Shown: piece after piece, positions 40,975-51,032 of the stretch
Position numbering within the stretch: the stretch's first letter is position 1
Layout: each line of letters begins with the position of its first letter
Source of the DNA: Legionellales bacterium
GTDB lineage: Bacteria > Pseudomonadota > Gammaproteobacteria > Comchoanobacterales > Comchoanobacteraceae
Length of the DNA: 64,000 nt
Direction of reading: 5' to 3'
Assembly (NCBI GenBank): GCA_002722995.1
Contig: PBNF01000023.1
Span: 14,495-78,494, forward strand
The notes under the pieces: generated by a model
What the model was told of the DNA's origin: nothing
Databases searched by the model: none
Seen by the model: the letters and a program-made list of their open reading frames with translations, nothing else
Program-made: the position numbers and the translations under genes

Positions 40975-43131
40975 TCAATCGATCCTTGAGAGGCACGCTT
41001 GGATACGTGAAGTCAGCTGAGTATGTCGGGCACCGGCTTGATTGGTTTGTGTGGCCATCTTAACAGCACGGCGTTCACCCACCAATACCACCAACTGACG
41101 ACCACGGGTCACACCGGTATAGAGTAGATGACGTTCGAGCAGCATGAAATGACTCATGGCGATGGGGATGATCACAGCAGGAAATTCAGAGCCTTGGGCC
41201 TTGTGGATAGTGGTTGCGTAAGCCAATGTCAGTTCATCTAATTCATTAAATTGATATTCAATACTGCGTTGATCAAAGAGGACTTGAATCACTTGTTGAG
41301 TGGTGTCGATGTGTTGTATTAAGCCTAAGTCACCATTAAACACTTGTTTGTCATAATTGTTTAAAGTTTGTAGTACCTTATCGCCAACGGCAAAGTGTTG
41401 TCCGTAGCGGTCAATGCCTTGATCAGTATTGGGGTTGAGGGCAGCTTGTAAAAGTGTATTGAGTGCGCGTGCACCTAAAGGACCTTTTTGCATGGGAGTG
41501 AGTACTTGGATGTCTTCAATGGGATCAAAGTTAAAGCGTTTGGGGATGCGTGATTGAATCAGTGATAAAATAATGCGCTGTTGAGTTTCCAAGGTATCGG
41601 CTGATATCAGATAAAAATCACTGAGTTGATCAGGGTCTCCGCTGTGTGGCATATACCCTTGATTGATTTTATGGGCATTGAGAATGATTTGAGAGTGCTG
41701 AGCTTGTCTGAAAATTTCAGTGAGGCATACGGTCGGGAGGCAGTGGCTTTGAATTAAATCAGTCAAGACTGCACCAGGGCCTACAGAAGGTAGCTGATCA
41801 GCATCACCAACAATGATCACGGCCATTTGGTCATGCACAGCACGCATGAGTTGAGTCATGAGCTTTAAGTCAATCATGGAGGCTTCATCGATGATGAGGA
41901 CATCACCTTCAAGTGGATGATGTTGATGGCGGCTGAAGCCATATGTGACTGGATCGAATTCAAGGAGGCGATGAATGGTTTTTGCAACGTGTTCGGTGGC
42001 TGTATTCAATCGTTTAGCCGCTCGGCCTGTGGGCGCACATAGGACCAATGAAGCCCCTGTAGAGCGAATGACATTTAAAATCGTTTGTACCAAAGTGGTC
42101 TTACCTACACCTGGTCCCCCAGTGATGATGGTGACTTTATGTGTCAATGCAGTGATCAGAGCGTTTTGCTGTGAAGGAGAGAGTTGAAGGGTTGTTGAGT
42201 TGATCGGGAGTGCGTTGAGGTTGATTTGATCAGCCCAAGGGGGAGTGCCTATTTGAATGCGGGCTAGTTGATCAGCCAGCTCACCCTCTAATTCATGAAT
42301 TTCTCTTAAAAAACAATGGCCTTGATCTTCAATCAGTTGTCCTTCACTGAGTAAGTGTTTCAAAGCGATTTCAGTGCGTTCATAGGGTATAGAAAGCAAT
42401 GTTTCCGTTTGTATTAATAATGTTTCAGTGGGTAAGGCGCAGTGTCCTGAGTTAGAAGCCATTTGTAATGTGTGGTAAAGGCCTGCGTAAGCTCGAATGA
42501 GGGCATCGGGTGCAATACCCAGTTGATGCGCCAATTGATCAGCTGTTTTAAAGCCAATGCCTGGGATATCCAGTGCCAAGCGATACGGGTTTTGTTGAAT
42601 ATGTTGAACAGCTTGTTCACCATAGGTTTTATAAATACGCATGGCACGGGCACTGCCTAAACCATGGCTGTGCAAAAATACAATGATATCTCGAATCACT
42701 TTTTGATCAGACCAGGCGTCGACCAGCTCTTTTTGTCGTTTAGGTCCGATGCCTTCGAGCTCTTTTAAGCGTTCTGGGGTGTTTTCAATCACATTGAACA
42801 CCTCATCTCCAAAGGCTTTGACCAATCGTTTTGCAAAGTGTGCTCCAATGCCTTTGACTAAACCGCTGGCTAAATATTTTTCCATCCCTTCTGCTGTTGA
42901 AGGAGGAATCATTCGAATGTGTGAGCACTGAAATTGACGGCCATATTTAGAGTGATGGCTCCATTGGCCCGTGCATTCAATGTGTTCGCCTGGAACTGGT
43001 TTAAGACATTGTCCAGTTACATCAAGGGGATGCGGATGTGTTTTGGTCTTAATTTTGAGTACAGAAAAACCTGTTTCTTCACTATGAAAAGTGATGCTTT
43101 CAATATGTCCGGTGAGTGTTTCATCTGTCAT
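40975..43131 (-). CDS. recD2: RecD2-type SF1 5'-3' DNA helicase
   Basis: Motifs ITGGPGVGKTT, LCAPTGRAAKRL, LIIDEASM, VGDADQLPSVGPG and TIHKAQGSEF. N-terminal HhH region. No recB or recC nearby. Confidence 0.88.
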   Translation of the reverse strand: MTDETLTGHIESITFHSEETGFSVLKIKTKTHPHPLDVTGQCLKPVPGEHIECTGQWSHHSKYGRQFQCSHIRMIPPSTAEGMEKYLASGLVKGIGAHFAKRLVKAFGDEVFNVIENTPERLKELEGIGPKRQKELVDAWSDQKVIRDIIVFLHSHGLGSARAMRIYKTYGEQAVQHIQQNPYRLALDIPGIGFKTADQLAHQLGIAPDALIRAYAGLYHTLQMASNSGHCALPTETLLIQTETLLSIPYERTEIALKHLLSEGQLIEDQGHCFLREIHELEGELADQLARIQIGTPPWADQINLNALPINSTTLQLSPSQQNALITALTHKVTIITGGPGVGKTTLVQTILNVIRSTGASLVLCAPTGRAAKRLNTATEHVAKTIHRLLEFDPVTYGFSRHQHHPLEGDVLIIDEASMIDLKLMTQLMRAVHDQMAVIIVGDADQLPSVGPGAVLTDLIQSHCLPTVCLTEIFRQAQHSQIILNAHKINQGYMPHSGDPDQLSDFYLISADTLETQQRIILSLIQSRIPKRFNFDPIEDIQVLTPMQKGPLGARALNTLLQAALNPNTDQGIDRYGQHFAVGDKVLQTLNNYDKQVFNGDLGLIQHIDTTQQVIQVLFDQRSIEYQFNELDELTLAYATTIHKAQGSEFPAVIIPIAMSHFMLLERHLLYTGVTRGRQLVVLVGERRAVKMATQTNQAGARHTQLTSRIQACLSRID

Positions 43132-43280
43132 GATGTTAACCTACAAGCCTGATAAGGATAGTGTCGCTGATCTAATTGAGAAGTGCAAACCCGCGCTTTA
43201 AATGCCTGAGACCATAATAGGCTTGATTGAATGTGAGGGACAGGATAGGATGAGCCCATAGATTAAAAAGGAGATCAATC

Positions 43281-44252
43281 ATGAGCGAAGGGGTAAAGAC
43301 AGTTGCAGTGACCGGTGCTGCGGGTCAAATTGGTTATGCGGTACTCTTTAGGATCGCCTCAGGGGCTTTGTTGGGTGCGCATCAGAAAATTCGTTTGAAA
43401 TTGATTGAGCTGCCTCAAGCGTTGCCTGCATTGGAAGGGGTGGTCATGGAGTTACAAGATGGCGCTTTTCCTTTAATAGAATCAATTGAGACCACTTCAG
43501 ATCTGTCAGTTGGATTTGCTGAGGTTGACTGGGCATTATTGATTGGTGCGGCTCCGCGTAAAGCTGGGATGGAGCGCTCAGATTTACTGAAAATGAATGC
43601 TGGAATTTTTGCAGAGCAAGGTCGGGCTTTAAATGAATATGCATCTAGATCAGTCAAAGTCTTAGTGGTGGGGAATCCTTGTAATACGAATGCGCTCATT
43701 GCAATGCAACATGCCCCTGATTTGAATCCAAAACATTTTTTTGCAATGACGCTGTTAGATCAGTATCGTGCGTGCGCACAATTGGCTTTACGCGCACAAG
43801 TCCCTGTGCGAACCATCTCAAATATGATTATTTTCGGAAATCATTCAGCCACACAATTTCCAGATATTAATCACGCATTGATTCAAGGCAAGCCTGCACG
43901 TCAAGTGATTCAAGATGACGGTTGGTTAAATGAAACCTTTATGCATCAAGTACAACAGCGTGGAGCTGCTGTTATCAAAGCTCGAGGGGCATCTTCTGCC
44001 GCATCGGCTGCGCATGCAGCCATTGAGACGGTTGCTCGAATTGAAGGGGTGTTGTCTCCAGGAGAAGTTTTTTCAGTAGGCGTTTGTTCGCAGGGAGAGT
44101 ATGGTGCACCTTCTGGATTGATTGTGTCTTACCCAGTTGTATCCCTAAAGGGACAGTGTGTGGTGCAGACAGATTGGATCCACGATGCATGGGCACAGCA
44201 GCATATTCAAAAAAGCTTTGATGAGCTTGTGTCTGAACGAGATCAGCTTTAA
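43281..44252 (+). CDS. mdh: Malate dehydrogenase
   Basis: Motifs [12 protein letters not shown] and [11 protein letters not shown]. 323 aa. Confidence 0.92.
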   Translation: MSEGVKTVAVTGAAGQIGYAVLFRIASGALLGAHQKIRLKLIELPQALPALEGVVMELQDGAFPLIESIETTSDLSVGFAEVDWALLIGAAPRKAGMERSDLLKMNAGIFAEQGRALNEYASRSVKVLVVGNPCNTNALIAMQHAPDLNPKHFFAMTLLDQYRACAQLALRAQVPVRTISNMIIFGNHSATQFPDINHALIQGKPARQVIQDDGWLNETFMHQVQQRGAAVIKARGASSAASAAHAAIETVARIEGVLSPGEVFSVGVCSQGEYGAPSGLIVSYPVVSLKGQCVVQTDWIHDAWAQQHIQKSFDELVSERDQL

Positions 44253-44785
44253 TGTCCGCTTGAAAATGAGGTGAACATCGTGCCTGTCATGAAACTCTTT
44301 AAGTTGAGAAGCTAAATATTTTTTTATCATGCACTTATCTTTATTCAGCTTATGGGGTATGTTTTCTCAAAAGTTTAATTCAGAGCAGCCTCCTGACTCA
44401 GTTTGACTGAGGATGGTATGCGTTTGATGTATTGAAATTATATTACGTTTAAAAGCTGTCAAATCTAAGGTCATGAGTGAGTGCGGGGTGCTCGTGCATA
44501 TCATGATTTTAAAGTGATTGAATATGAATCAGTGTCATGGATAGAGATTCAGAGTCGCACTTTATAGAGAAGTTCTTTAGGATACCCCTCTTGAAGTTTT
44601 AAATCCTGATGCTGTTTCAAGTGTTCAATCATCTTGCATGTGTTCGATATGCAATGAAATTCGGCTCAAGAGTAGGGATTAAACCGAACGTGCAATGTAT
44701 GATGAGCTGACTATCGTTGATCTGAATCAATACAATGAGGCTTATTGCTCATGTTCAGTATTTGGAATGAATGTTGCTCAGAGGG

Positions 44786-46084
44786 TTAAGGACATCGTAT
44801 CGTGTTTCTTGTTTTAGATCTTGGCCCGCTTACTCGAGCAGCTGTTAGATCTTGGTTCGCTTCCCTCGAGCAGCTGTTAGATCTTGGTCTGCTTCCTCGA
44901 ACAGCTCTGAGCGATGATGCTTTCTTATGAGAGGTCATCTCATTAAGACGGGGATCGCTTTCTTCGTTTTTTGTATTAGGTAGAGGGACTAAGCCGTCGT
45001 ACACCACACTTAACAGCATGGCTAAGAGTGTTCCGGAAATAAAAACAGCTGGGTTAACTGTTCCATAATGCCAAAGATGCGTGTTTGTGAGGCCTAGCAT
45101 TAATCCTCCGATGAAACCACGTGAACAGGCATTGAAGATCATACGTTTAATATATTTTAAGTGAGGTAATGCTTGTGCGTTATAACATGAAAAGACTACG
45201 AATAAACTTAATGTAAATCCAACAGCTAGGCCTGCTATGATCGATAAGAGAAGTGGAGAAGGGTGCCCAATCAGTGGCCATTGTAGCCGATGGCTCAATT
45301 GAACTAAAGGTGCCATCAAATTGGGTTGTAGTGTTTTTAAACTTACAAAAATAAAGCTATAGAGTGTTCCTGAGAGCAAGCTGAACAATAAAGATAAATA
45401 TATTCGGTTGAGCCATGGAGTCGATTGCTTTTGCTGGGTTTGTTGAGCGGGAGGTAAGGTTGCTGCAAGCACACATGCGAAAATAAAGCCGGAAATTAAC
45501 GCAGTGATCATGCTGGTGCTGAGTATAGTGTTGATCAGTTGCTGAGACAGCCGAAGGTGCATGAGGCTTAAGTTTAGACTAATTAAAGAGCCTCCAGCGA
45601 TCAGGCCCAGTGAAGCCGTGATGAACATACACAAAGCACTATAAAATGCTGTTGTCTTAAGTTTTTCAATGATGTGATTCAAACGGGCATCCATTGTGCG
45701 AAGAATATTTTCCCCATCAAAAAGAAGAGTGATCAGGCTTAAAATAAACCCAATTGAAGCACCCAGTAACAATGTTGAATGTAAAGGGGAAAAATGGAAC
45801 AAAGTTAAGGGATGGAGTGTTGTCCAGTGTAGATCAATCCAATTTAAAGTCGGTAATATTGAGCTAAATTTTTCTGCAAGCATTGCAAGTATGAGTTGGC
45901 CACTCGGTGCGTAAACTAAAGATAAAAACCCTAAACTGATTGCGCTTGAACTTAGGATATAAAGCATTAACTTTAAAACAAAAGGATATTGGCGACCTTG
46001 AGCCATAACAAAATGTTCCCGTATTGATTCAAATGTAATAGATTCATAAATCCGTATTATGCATGGATTGAATGGATCAATCAA
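44786..46084 (-). CDS. Hypothetical polytopic membrane protein (ORFan) with an Arg/Ser-rich repeat-derived tail
   Basis: About 10 hydrophobic helices. Start is TTG 46084 or ATG 46006. The 3' end runs through the 31/32-bp tandem repeats. Confidence 0.6.
   Translation of the reverse strand: MIDPFNPCIIRIYESITFESIREHFVMAQGRQYPFVLKLMLYILSSSAISLGFLSLVYAPSGQLILAMLAEKFSSILPTLNWIDLHWTTLHPLTLFHFSPLHSTLLLGASIGFILSLITLLFDGENILRTMDARLNHIIEKLKTTAFYSALCMFITASLGLIAGGSLISLNLSLMHLRLSQQLINTILSTSMITALISGFIFACVLAATLPPAQQTQQKQSTPWLNRIYLSLLFSLLSGTLYSFIFVSLKTLQPNLMAPLVQLSHRLQWPLIGHPSPLLLSIIAGLAVGFTLSLFVVFSCYNAQALPHLKYIKRMIFNACSRGFIGGLMLGLTNTHLWHYGTVNPAVFISGTLLAMLLSVVYDGLVPLPNTKNEESDPRLNEMTSHKKASSLRAVRGSRPRSNSCSREANQDLTAARVSGPRSKTRNTIRCP
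44815..44909. repeat. Three tandem copies of a ~31-32-bp unit (tagatcttgg-N-cgagcagctgt); periods are 31 and 32 bp
   Basis: Copies start at 44815, 44846 and 44878, read directly from the sequence. Confidence 0.9.
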
Positions 46085-46173
46085 GCACGGTCTATTCTCT
46101 CCATAAGAGAGTGGATTTTGAAGTTTAAAGTTGTTTATAATATTGACCTTATGGCACGTTAAGGTGTGGCGTT

Positions 46174-48432
46174 ATGTGGCAGCTTTGGATGGACCGTTTA
46201 AGTTGCATTGAAAATCCAAAACAATTTTTTCAAACACTCTCAGATGATTTATGCCAACATTATGCTTCAAAAGCAGTATTCATTTGGATGATCACTCCAC
46301 ATCAAGATCAATTGACGTTGATGAGGTTAGATGCAGTTGCATCGCTTGATTTTGATGTATCCTATCCGTTGAGGGATGAACCTTTATGTATGAAAGTGTT
46401 TAAATCATACCGCGCCTCTTTTGAGTCAGCGCCATTGATGTGTTCAAATGAAATCATATTAGAAGGGTTGCAATGTTCGGAAACATTATTGGTCCCTTGG
46501 GTGGCACAGGGGCAATTATTTTCGATAGTCAGTGTCCATCGATCTGATCAACCTTTCAATCATGAAGTTTCAGCTCAACTTCAGTCTCTTTTGATCAGTT
46601 TGTCAGCCGTTGGATTTAAAAAGATTTCAGCATTCAATTTTAATCAGGCTCAATCCAATGATTCACATTTAAGTTCTATCACATGCAAAGGGTTGCCATG
46701 TGGGCCTGGTTTGACGTTAGGCACGGGCTTCACTGTCATGCCTGCAGCTGATTTAGATGATGTTCCCATTAAACCATTAAAAGATTATGATGCAGAGTTT
46801 GAATTGCTATCACAAGCAGTCCAAGCGGTCAAACAAGATATTAGTTCATTGAGCGGTGTGTTATCTAAAAATTTGACACAAGATCAAGCCGATATTTTTT
46901 CAGCGTATACACACATGGTGGACCGACATGGTTTAATGCGTGATATTTCCGAATGTATGAAGCAGAAAAACTTGTGTGCTCAAAGTGCGCTTAAAGTGGT
47001 TGTGCTAGATACGGTTCAGCGGTTATCAACGTTGAGTGATCCTTATTTGCGGGCTCGATCTATTGATGTTCAAGATATTGGTCGCCGTATTTTGACTTAC
47101 CTACAATCCAATCAAGCGGCTGAACGCACCTATCCTGAATCCATGATCCTCATCGGAGAAGAAATCAGTTTGATGGATATTGCTAGTATTCCTGAGGGCC
47201 ATCTAGTCGGCATTTGTTCTTTCGAGGGCTCACGTTACTCTCATGTTTCAATTTTAGCACGTGCAGTTGGATTGCCTATGGTTATTGGGCTTTCAGAGAT
47301 TGGGTTGGATACAGCTGAAGGGGTGGATATATTTCTTGATGGGTGTTCAGGAGAAGTGATTCTGAATGTAGGGGTTGACGAGTTTGATGTGTTAAATACA
47401 CGTATCTTAGATTATCAACATTTGAAACAACAGATGGCAGCTTTACGCCAAATGCCCGCTCAAACTTCAGATCATTATGCTATTTCTTTATGGGTCAATT
47501 TAGGTTTAGGCGCTGATGTAGAGCAAGCGTTATCAGCTGCTACAGATGGGGTGGGGTTATTCCGTACTGAATTACCGTTTATGTCATATGATTATTTTCC
47601 AAGCGAATTCATGCAGCAATCGATGTATCGTCAAATTTTAAGGGCATTGTCTCCTAAGCCTGTCATCATTAGAACATTAGATGTGGGCGGAGATAAATGG
47701 TTGCCTTATTTTCAAATTAAAGAAAATAATCCCTATTTAGGTTGGAGAGGTCTACGATTTTGTCTTGATCATCCCGAAGTATTGAGAACACAGCTTCGGG
47801 CAATGATTTTAGCCAGTGAAGGCTTGGATAACTTGCATATTATGGTGCCGATGGTCGGGCATGTACATCAAATTCAGGCGGTTCGGCATCACTTAGACAG
47901 AGTGATGCAAGAGTGTCTGAATGAAGGCATTGAGGTGAAACCTCCACCTTTGGGGATGATGCTAGAAGTGCCAGCGGCAGTGATGCAAATAGATTCATTG
48001 TCTCAATGGGTTGATTTTTTTTCTGTAGGCAGTAATGACCTCATTCAGTACTTATTGGCAGTCGATCGAAACAACCACCGGGTGGCTGATTTATTTGAAG
48101 CCTTTCATCCAGCTGTCCTAAAATTTTTACAAAAAACTGTCGATGATGTACATGCTGCAGGTAAGCATGTGAGTATTTGTGGTGAGTTTGCAGCTGACCC
48201 ATTGGGTATGATTTTACTGGTAGCCATGGGCTTTGATACCCTCAGTATGAATGCAACCAGTTTAGATGTATCTAAATGGATTCTAAGGAAGTTTACGCTA
48301 GCAACGTGTCAAAAGCTTTTAAATCGAGCTTTATTGTGCGATGATGCACATGCAGTGTTAGCCTTATTGTCTCGTGCATTCGAAAAAGCCGGCATTGCTC
48401 ATCTAGTTCATTCGGAAGCCATTGATCTATGA
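46174..48432 (+). CDS. ptsP: Phosphoenolpyruvate-protein phosphotransferase PtsP (EI-Ntr, GAF-containing)
   Basis: N-terminal GAF-like region. Phospho-His motif GSRYSHVSILARAVGLPMV. Motif FFSVGSNDLIQYLLAVDR. Confidence 0.9.
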   Translation: MWQLWMDRLSCIENPKQFFQTLSDDLCQHYASKAVFIWMITPHQDQLTLMRLDAVASLDFDVSYPLRDEPLCMKVFKSYRASFESAPLMCSNEIILEGLQCSETLLVPWVAQGQLFSIVSVHRSDQPFNHEVSAQLQSLLISLSAVGFKKISAFNFNQAQSNDSHLSSITCKGLPCGPGLTLGTGFTVMPAADLDDVPIKPLKDYDAEFELLSQAVQAVKQDISSLSGVLSKNLTQDQADIFSAYTHMVDRHGLMRDISECMKQKNLCAQSALKVVVLDTVQRLSTLSDPYLRARSIDVQDIGRRILTYLQSNQAAERTYPESMILIGEEISLMDIASIPEGHLVGICSFEGSRYSHVSILARAVGLPMVIGLSEIGLDTAEGVDIFLDGCSGEVILNVGVDEFDVLNTRILDYQHLKQQMAALRQMPAQTSDHYAISLWVNLGLGADVEQALSAATDGVGLFRTELPFMSYDYFPSEFMQQSMYRQILRALSPKPVIIRTLDVGGDKWLPYFQIKENNPYLGWRGLRFCLDHPEVLRTQLRAMILASEGLDNLHIMVPMVGHVHQIQAVRHHLDRVMQECLNEGIEVKPPPLGMMLEVPAAVMQIDSLSQWVDFFSVGSNDLIQYLLAVDRNNHRVADLFEAFHPAVLKFLQKTVDDVHAAGKHVSICGEFAADPLGMILLVAMGFDTLSMNATSLDVSKWILRKFTLATCQKLLNRALLCDDAHAVLALLSRAFEKAGIAHLVHSEAIDL

Positions 48433-49220
48433 TATATCCTAATATTGATCCCATCGCATTTCATTTGGGGCCTATCGCAGTGCGTTGGTATGGTTTAGCG
48501 TATGCTGCAGGATTTATGATTGTGATGACAATGGGGCGTCGATCGATTCAGCGTAATGCTATTGAATGGATTACTTTAGATCATTACGAAAGTGTCATGT
48601 GTGGATTGATGTTAGGGTTAGTATTAGGCGGACGTGTGGGATATATGCTGATGTATCAATTTGATCGATGGTGGGCACATCCACTGTCTGTATTTAAAGT
48701 TTGGGAAGGTGGAATGTCTTTTCATGGTGCTTTAATCGGATGTCTAACTGTTTTGATCTACCAATCTTATCGATATGATTTCAAATGTTTGGCATTATCT
48801 GATTTGATTGTGCCTTGGGTGCCTTGTGGTTTAGGACTAGGGCGATTAGCAAACTTCATCAATGGTGAATTATGGGGGCGTCCAACCGATCAGACCTGGG
48901 GGATGATCTTTCCTTGGGTCGATGCTCAATTAAGGCATCCTTCTCAACTGTATGAGTTTTTTTTAGAAGGAGTGGTTCTGTTTGTGATGATATATTTGAT
49001 GCGTCCTATGCGCACACAGCAAGGTCAATTGACGGGTTTGTTTTTAGGGCTCTATGGCATCATGCGTTTTAGTGTTGAATTTTTTAGAATGCCAGATCCT
49101 CAAATTGGATTTTTATTGAATACACAGTGGCTAACTATGGGTCAATGTTTATCAATTCCAATGATTGTCATTGGTGTCATTCTGTTTTTTCGAAAAACAT
49201 TGCCAGCCTCGCAGGCTTAG
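48429..49220 (+). CDS. lgt: Prolipoprotein diacylglyceryl transferase
   Basis: Motifs VRWYGLAYAAGF, GGMSFHGALIG, GRLANFINGELWGRPT and HPSQLYEF. ATGA overlap with ptsP. Confidence 0.93.
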   Translation: MIYPNIDPIAFHLGPIAVRWYGLAYAAGFMIVMTMGRRSIQRNAIEWITLDHYESVMCGLMLGLVLGGRVGYMLMYQFDRWWAHPLSVFKVWEGGMSFHGALIGCLTVLIYQSYRYDFKCLALSDLIVPWVPCGLGLGRLANFINGELWGRPTDQTWGMIFPWVDAQLRHPSQLYEFFLEGVVLFVMIYLMRPMRTQQGQLTGLFLGLYGIMRFSVEFFRMPDPQIGFLLNTQWLTMGQCLSIPMIVIGVILFFRKTLPASQA

Positions 49221-49275
49221 ATTTTGACTGAAGGGGTTGATCATCTGTTTTTAAAAGTTGCCTTGCCAGATTCAG

Positions 49276-49300
49276 ACGCTTAAGGCATAATGCGTTTTTT
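49276..49300 (+). terminator. Weak candidate intrinsic terminator after lgt
   Basis: Imperfect hairpin acgctta-aggca-taa(t)gcgt followed by tttttt. Confidence 0.3.
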
Positions 49301-49318
49301 AAGTGGGAACAATCAAAG

Positions 49319-49525
49319 ATGGTCATTGATGGGTGGGGATTATTTTGGATGTTATGCTCACTGATTTTAATTGTAGAAGGTTTGATGCCTTCCATTCACC
49401 CTACACTTTGGCAAAAATGGTTGTTAGCCATGACGCGCATGAATCCACAGTCGATTCGGTGTTTTGGAGTATGCTTGATGGGGTTGGGTGCAGTGATGAT
49501 GGCCGTTGTTCATCAAATCTATTAA
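49319..49525 (+). CDS. yjeT: DUF2065 (YjeT-like) small membrane protein
   Basis: LILIVEGLMPSIHPTLWQKWLLAMT...IRCFGVCLMGLG parallels E. coli YjeT. Conserved position directly upstream of purA. Confidence 0.7.
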   Translation: MVIDGWGLFWMLCSLILIVEGLMPSIHPTLWQKWLLAMTRMNPQSIRCFGVCLMGLGAVMMAVVHQIY

Positions 49526-49538
49526 TGAGGTGTTATTA

Positions 49539-50843
49539 ATGTCAAATTCAGTGGTAGTGATTGGCGCTCAATGGGGTGATGAAGGAAAAGGTAAAATCGT
49601 TGATTGGCTGACTCAGCAAGCTGAAGGTGTCGTGCGTTTTCAAGGGGGGCATAATGCCGGTCATACGCTAGTGATTGATGGAAAACGTTCGATTTTACAT
49701 TTATTACCTTCTGGGGTATTGCATGAAAATGTGATGTCTTTTTTAGGGAATGGAATGGTGGTCTCATTGCCTGACTTATGTTCAGAAATCGATGGTTTAT
49801 TAGATCAAGGGGTGCCTGTTGATCAAAGAATTCGAATCAGTGAAGCCTGTCAAGTGTTACTGCCTTATCATATTGCTTTAGATCAAGCCCGTGAGTTACG
49901 CAAGGGACGAGCTGCAATTGGAACCACAGGTCGTGGCATTGGTCCAGCCTATGAAGATAAAGTTGCACGTCGTGGCATTAGAATGATTGATATCTTAAAT
50001 CCTGAAACCTTGAAGCCTAAGTTATTTGAATTAGCTGAATACCACAATTTTGCATTGAAACACTATTATCGAGTGGATGAAATTGATCCAAATACTGTAT
50101 TCAATGAGCTTTTGACATTGGTTGAGCGCGTGCGTCCTTGGGTCTGTGATGTGGGGGCTCAACTGGCGCATATGCGCATGAAAGGGCAAGCTTTGGTTTT
50201 TGAAGGGGCTCAGGGTGCTGCGCTGGATATTGATCATGGAACGTATCCTTTTGTGACTTCTTCAAACACAACCGCGGCTCAAGCTGCATCAGGTAGTGGA
50301 TTAGGGCCAGGGTATTTAGATCATATTTTAGGGGTCACAAAGGCTTATACAACACGTGTCGGTTCAGGTCCATTTCCAACTGAGTTGGCTTCAGGGGTGG
50401 GTTCAATCTTATCAGAGCGAGGCCAAGAACGTGGAGCAACGACCGGTCGAGCGCGGCGTTGTGGTTGGCTAGATATTGTGGCGTTAAAACACTGTGTTCG
50501 CGTCAATAGTTTAAACAGTTTGTGCCTGACTAAGCTTGATGTGTTGGATGAATTAGACAGTATTAAAATATGCACAGCTTATCAGTATCAGAACGAAGTA
50601 CTACTACACGCTCCGATTCAAATAGAGGCGCTGGAAGCGTGTGTTCCGATTTATGAGGAATTACCTGGATGGAAGACTTCAACCGCAGGCTGTTGTGATT
50701 GGGATGCATTACCTGAAGCAGCACAACGCTATATTGAAAGAGTGTCTGAATTAGTTGGGGTTCCGATTAGTTTAATCTCAACTGCACCAGATCGAGCGTC
50801 GCTCATTGTACGGGCGCATCCATTGATGTCATCTCAACACTAA
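49539..50843 (+). CDS. purA: Adenylosuccinate synthetase
   Basis: Motifs QWGDEGKGKIVD, GGHNAGHT and GTTGRGIGPAYEDK. I chose ATG 49539. Confidence 0.95.
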   Translation: MSNSVVVIGAQWGDEGKGKIVDWLTQQAEGVVRFQGGHNAGHTLVIDGKRSILHLLPSGVLHENVMSFLGNGMVVSLPDLCSEIDGLLDQGVPVDQRIRISEACQVLLPYHIALDQARELRKGRAAIGTTGRGIGPAYEDKVARRGIRMIDILNPETLKPKLFELAEYHNFALKHYYRVDEIDPNTVFNELLTLVERVRPWVCDVGAQLAHMRMKGQALVFEGAQGAALDIDHGTYPFVTSSNTTAAQAASGSGLGPGYLDHILGVTKAYTTRVGSGPFPTELASGVGSILSERGQERGATTGRARRCGWLDIVALKHCVRVNSLNSLCLTKLDVLDELDSIKICTAYQYQNEVLLHAPIQIEALEACVPIYEELPGWKTSTAGCCDWDALPEAAQRYIERVSELVGVPISLISTAPDRASLIVRAHPLMSSQH

Positions 50844-51032
50844 AAAAGATTGAATCAGTTCGAAACTTAGCACTGAGCTGTTGGGTATTTAGAAAAGTGC
50901 TTTGATCGACTTAAATCTCTTGAGACCCCTGAAAATTTTAACGGTTAGTTGAGTGAGCTTGATCATTTGATCTGCATCATAAAGTTACGGGAGGGCTTGT
51001 TAACATCAAATGGCTAAAGAATTCAGTTAAGT

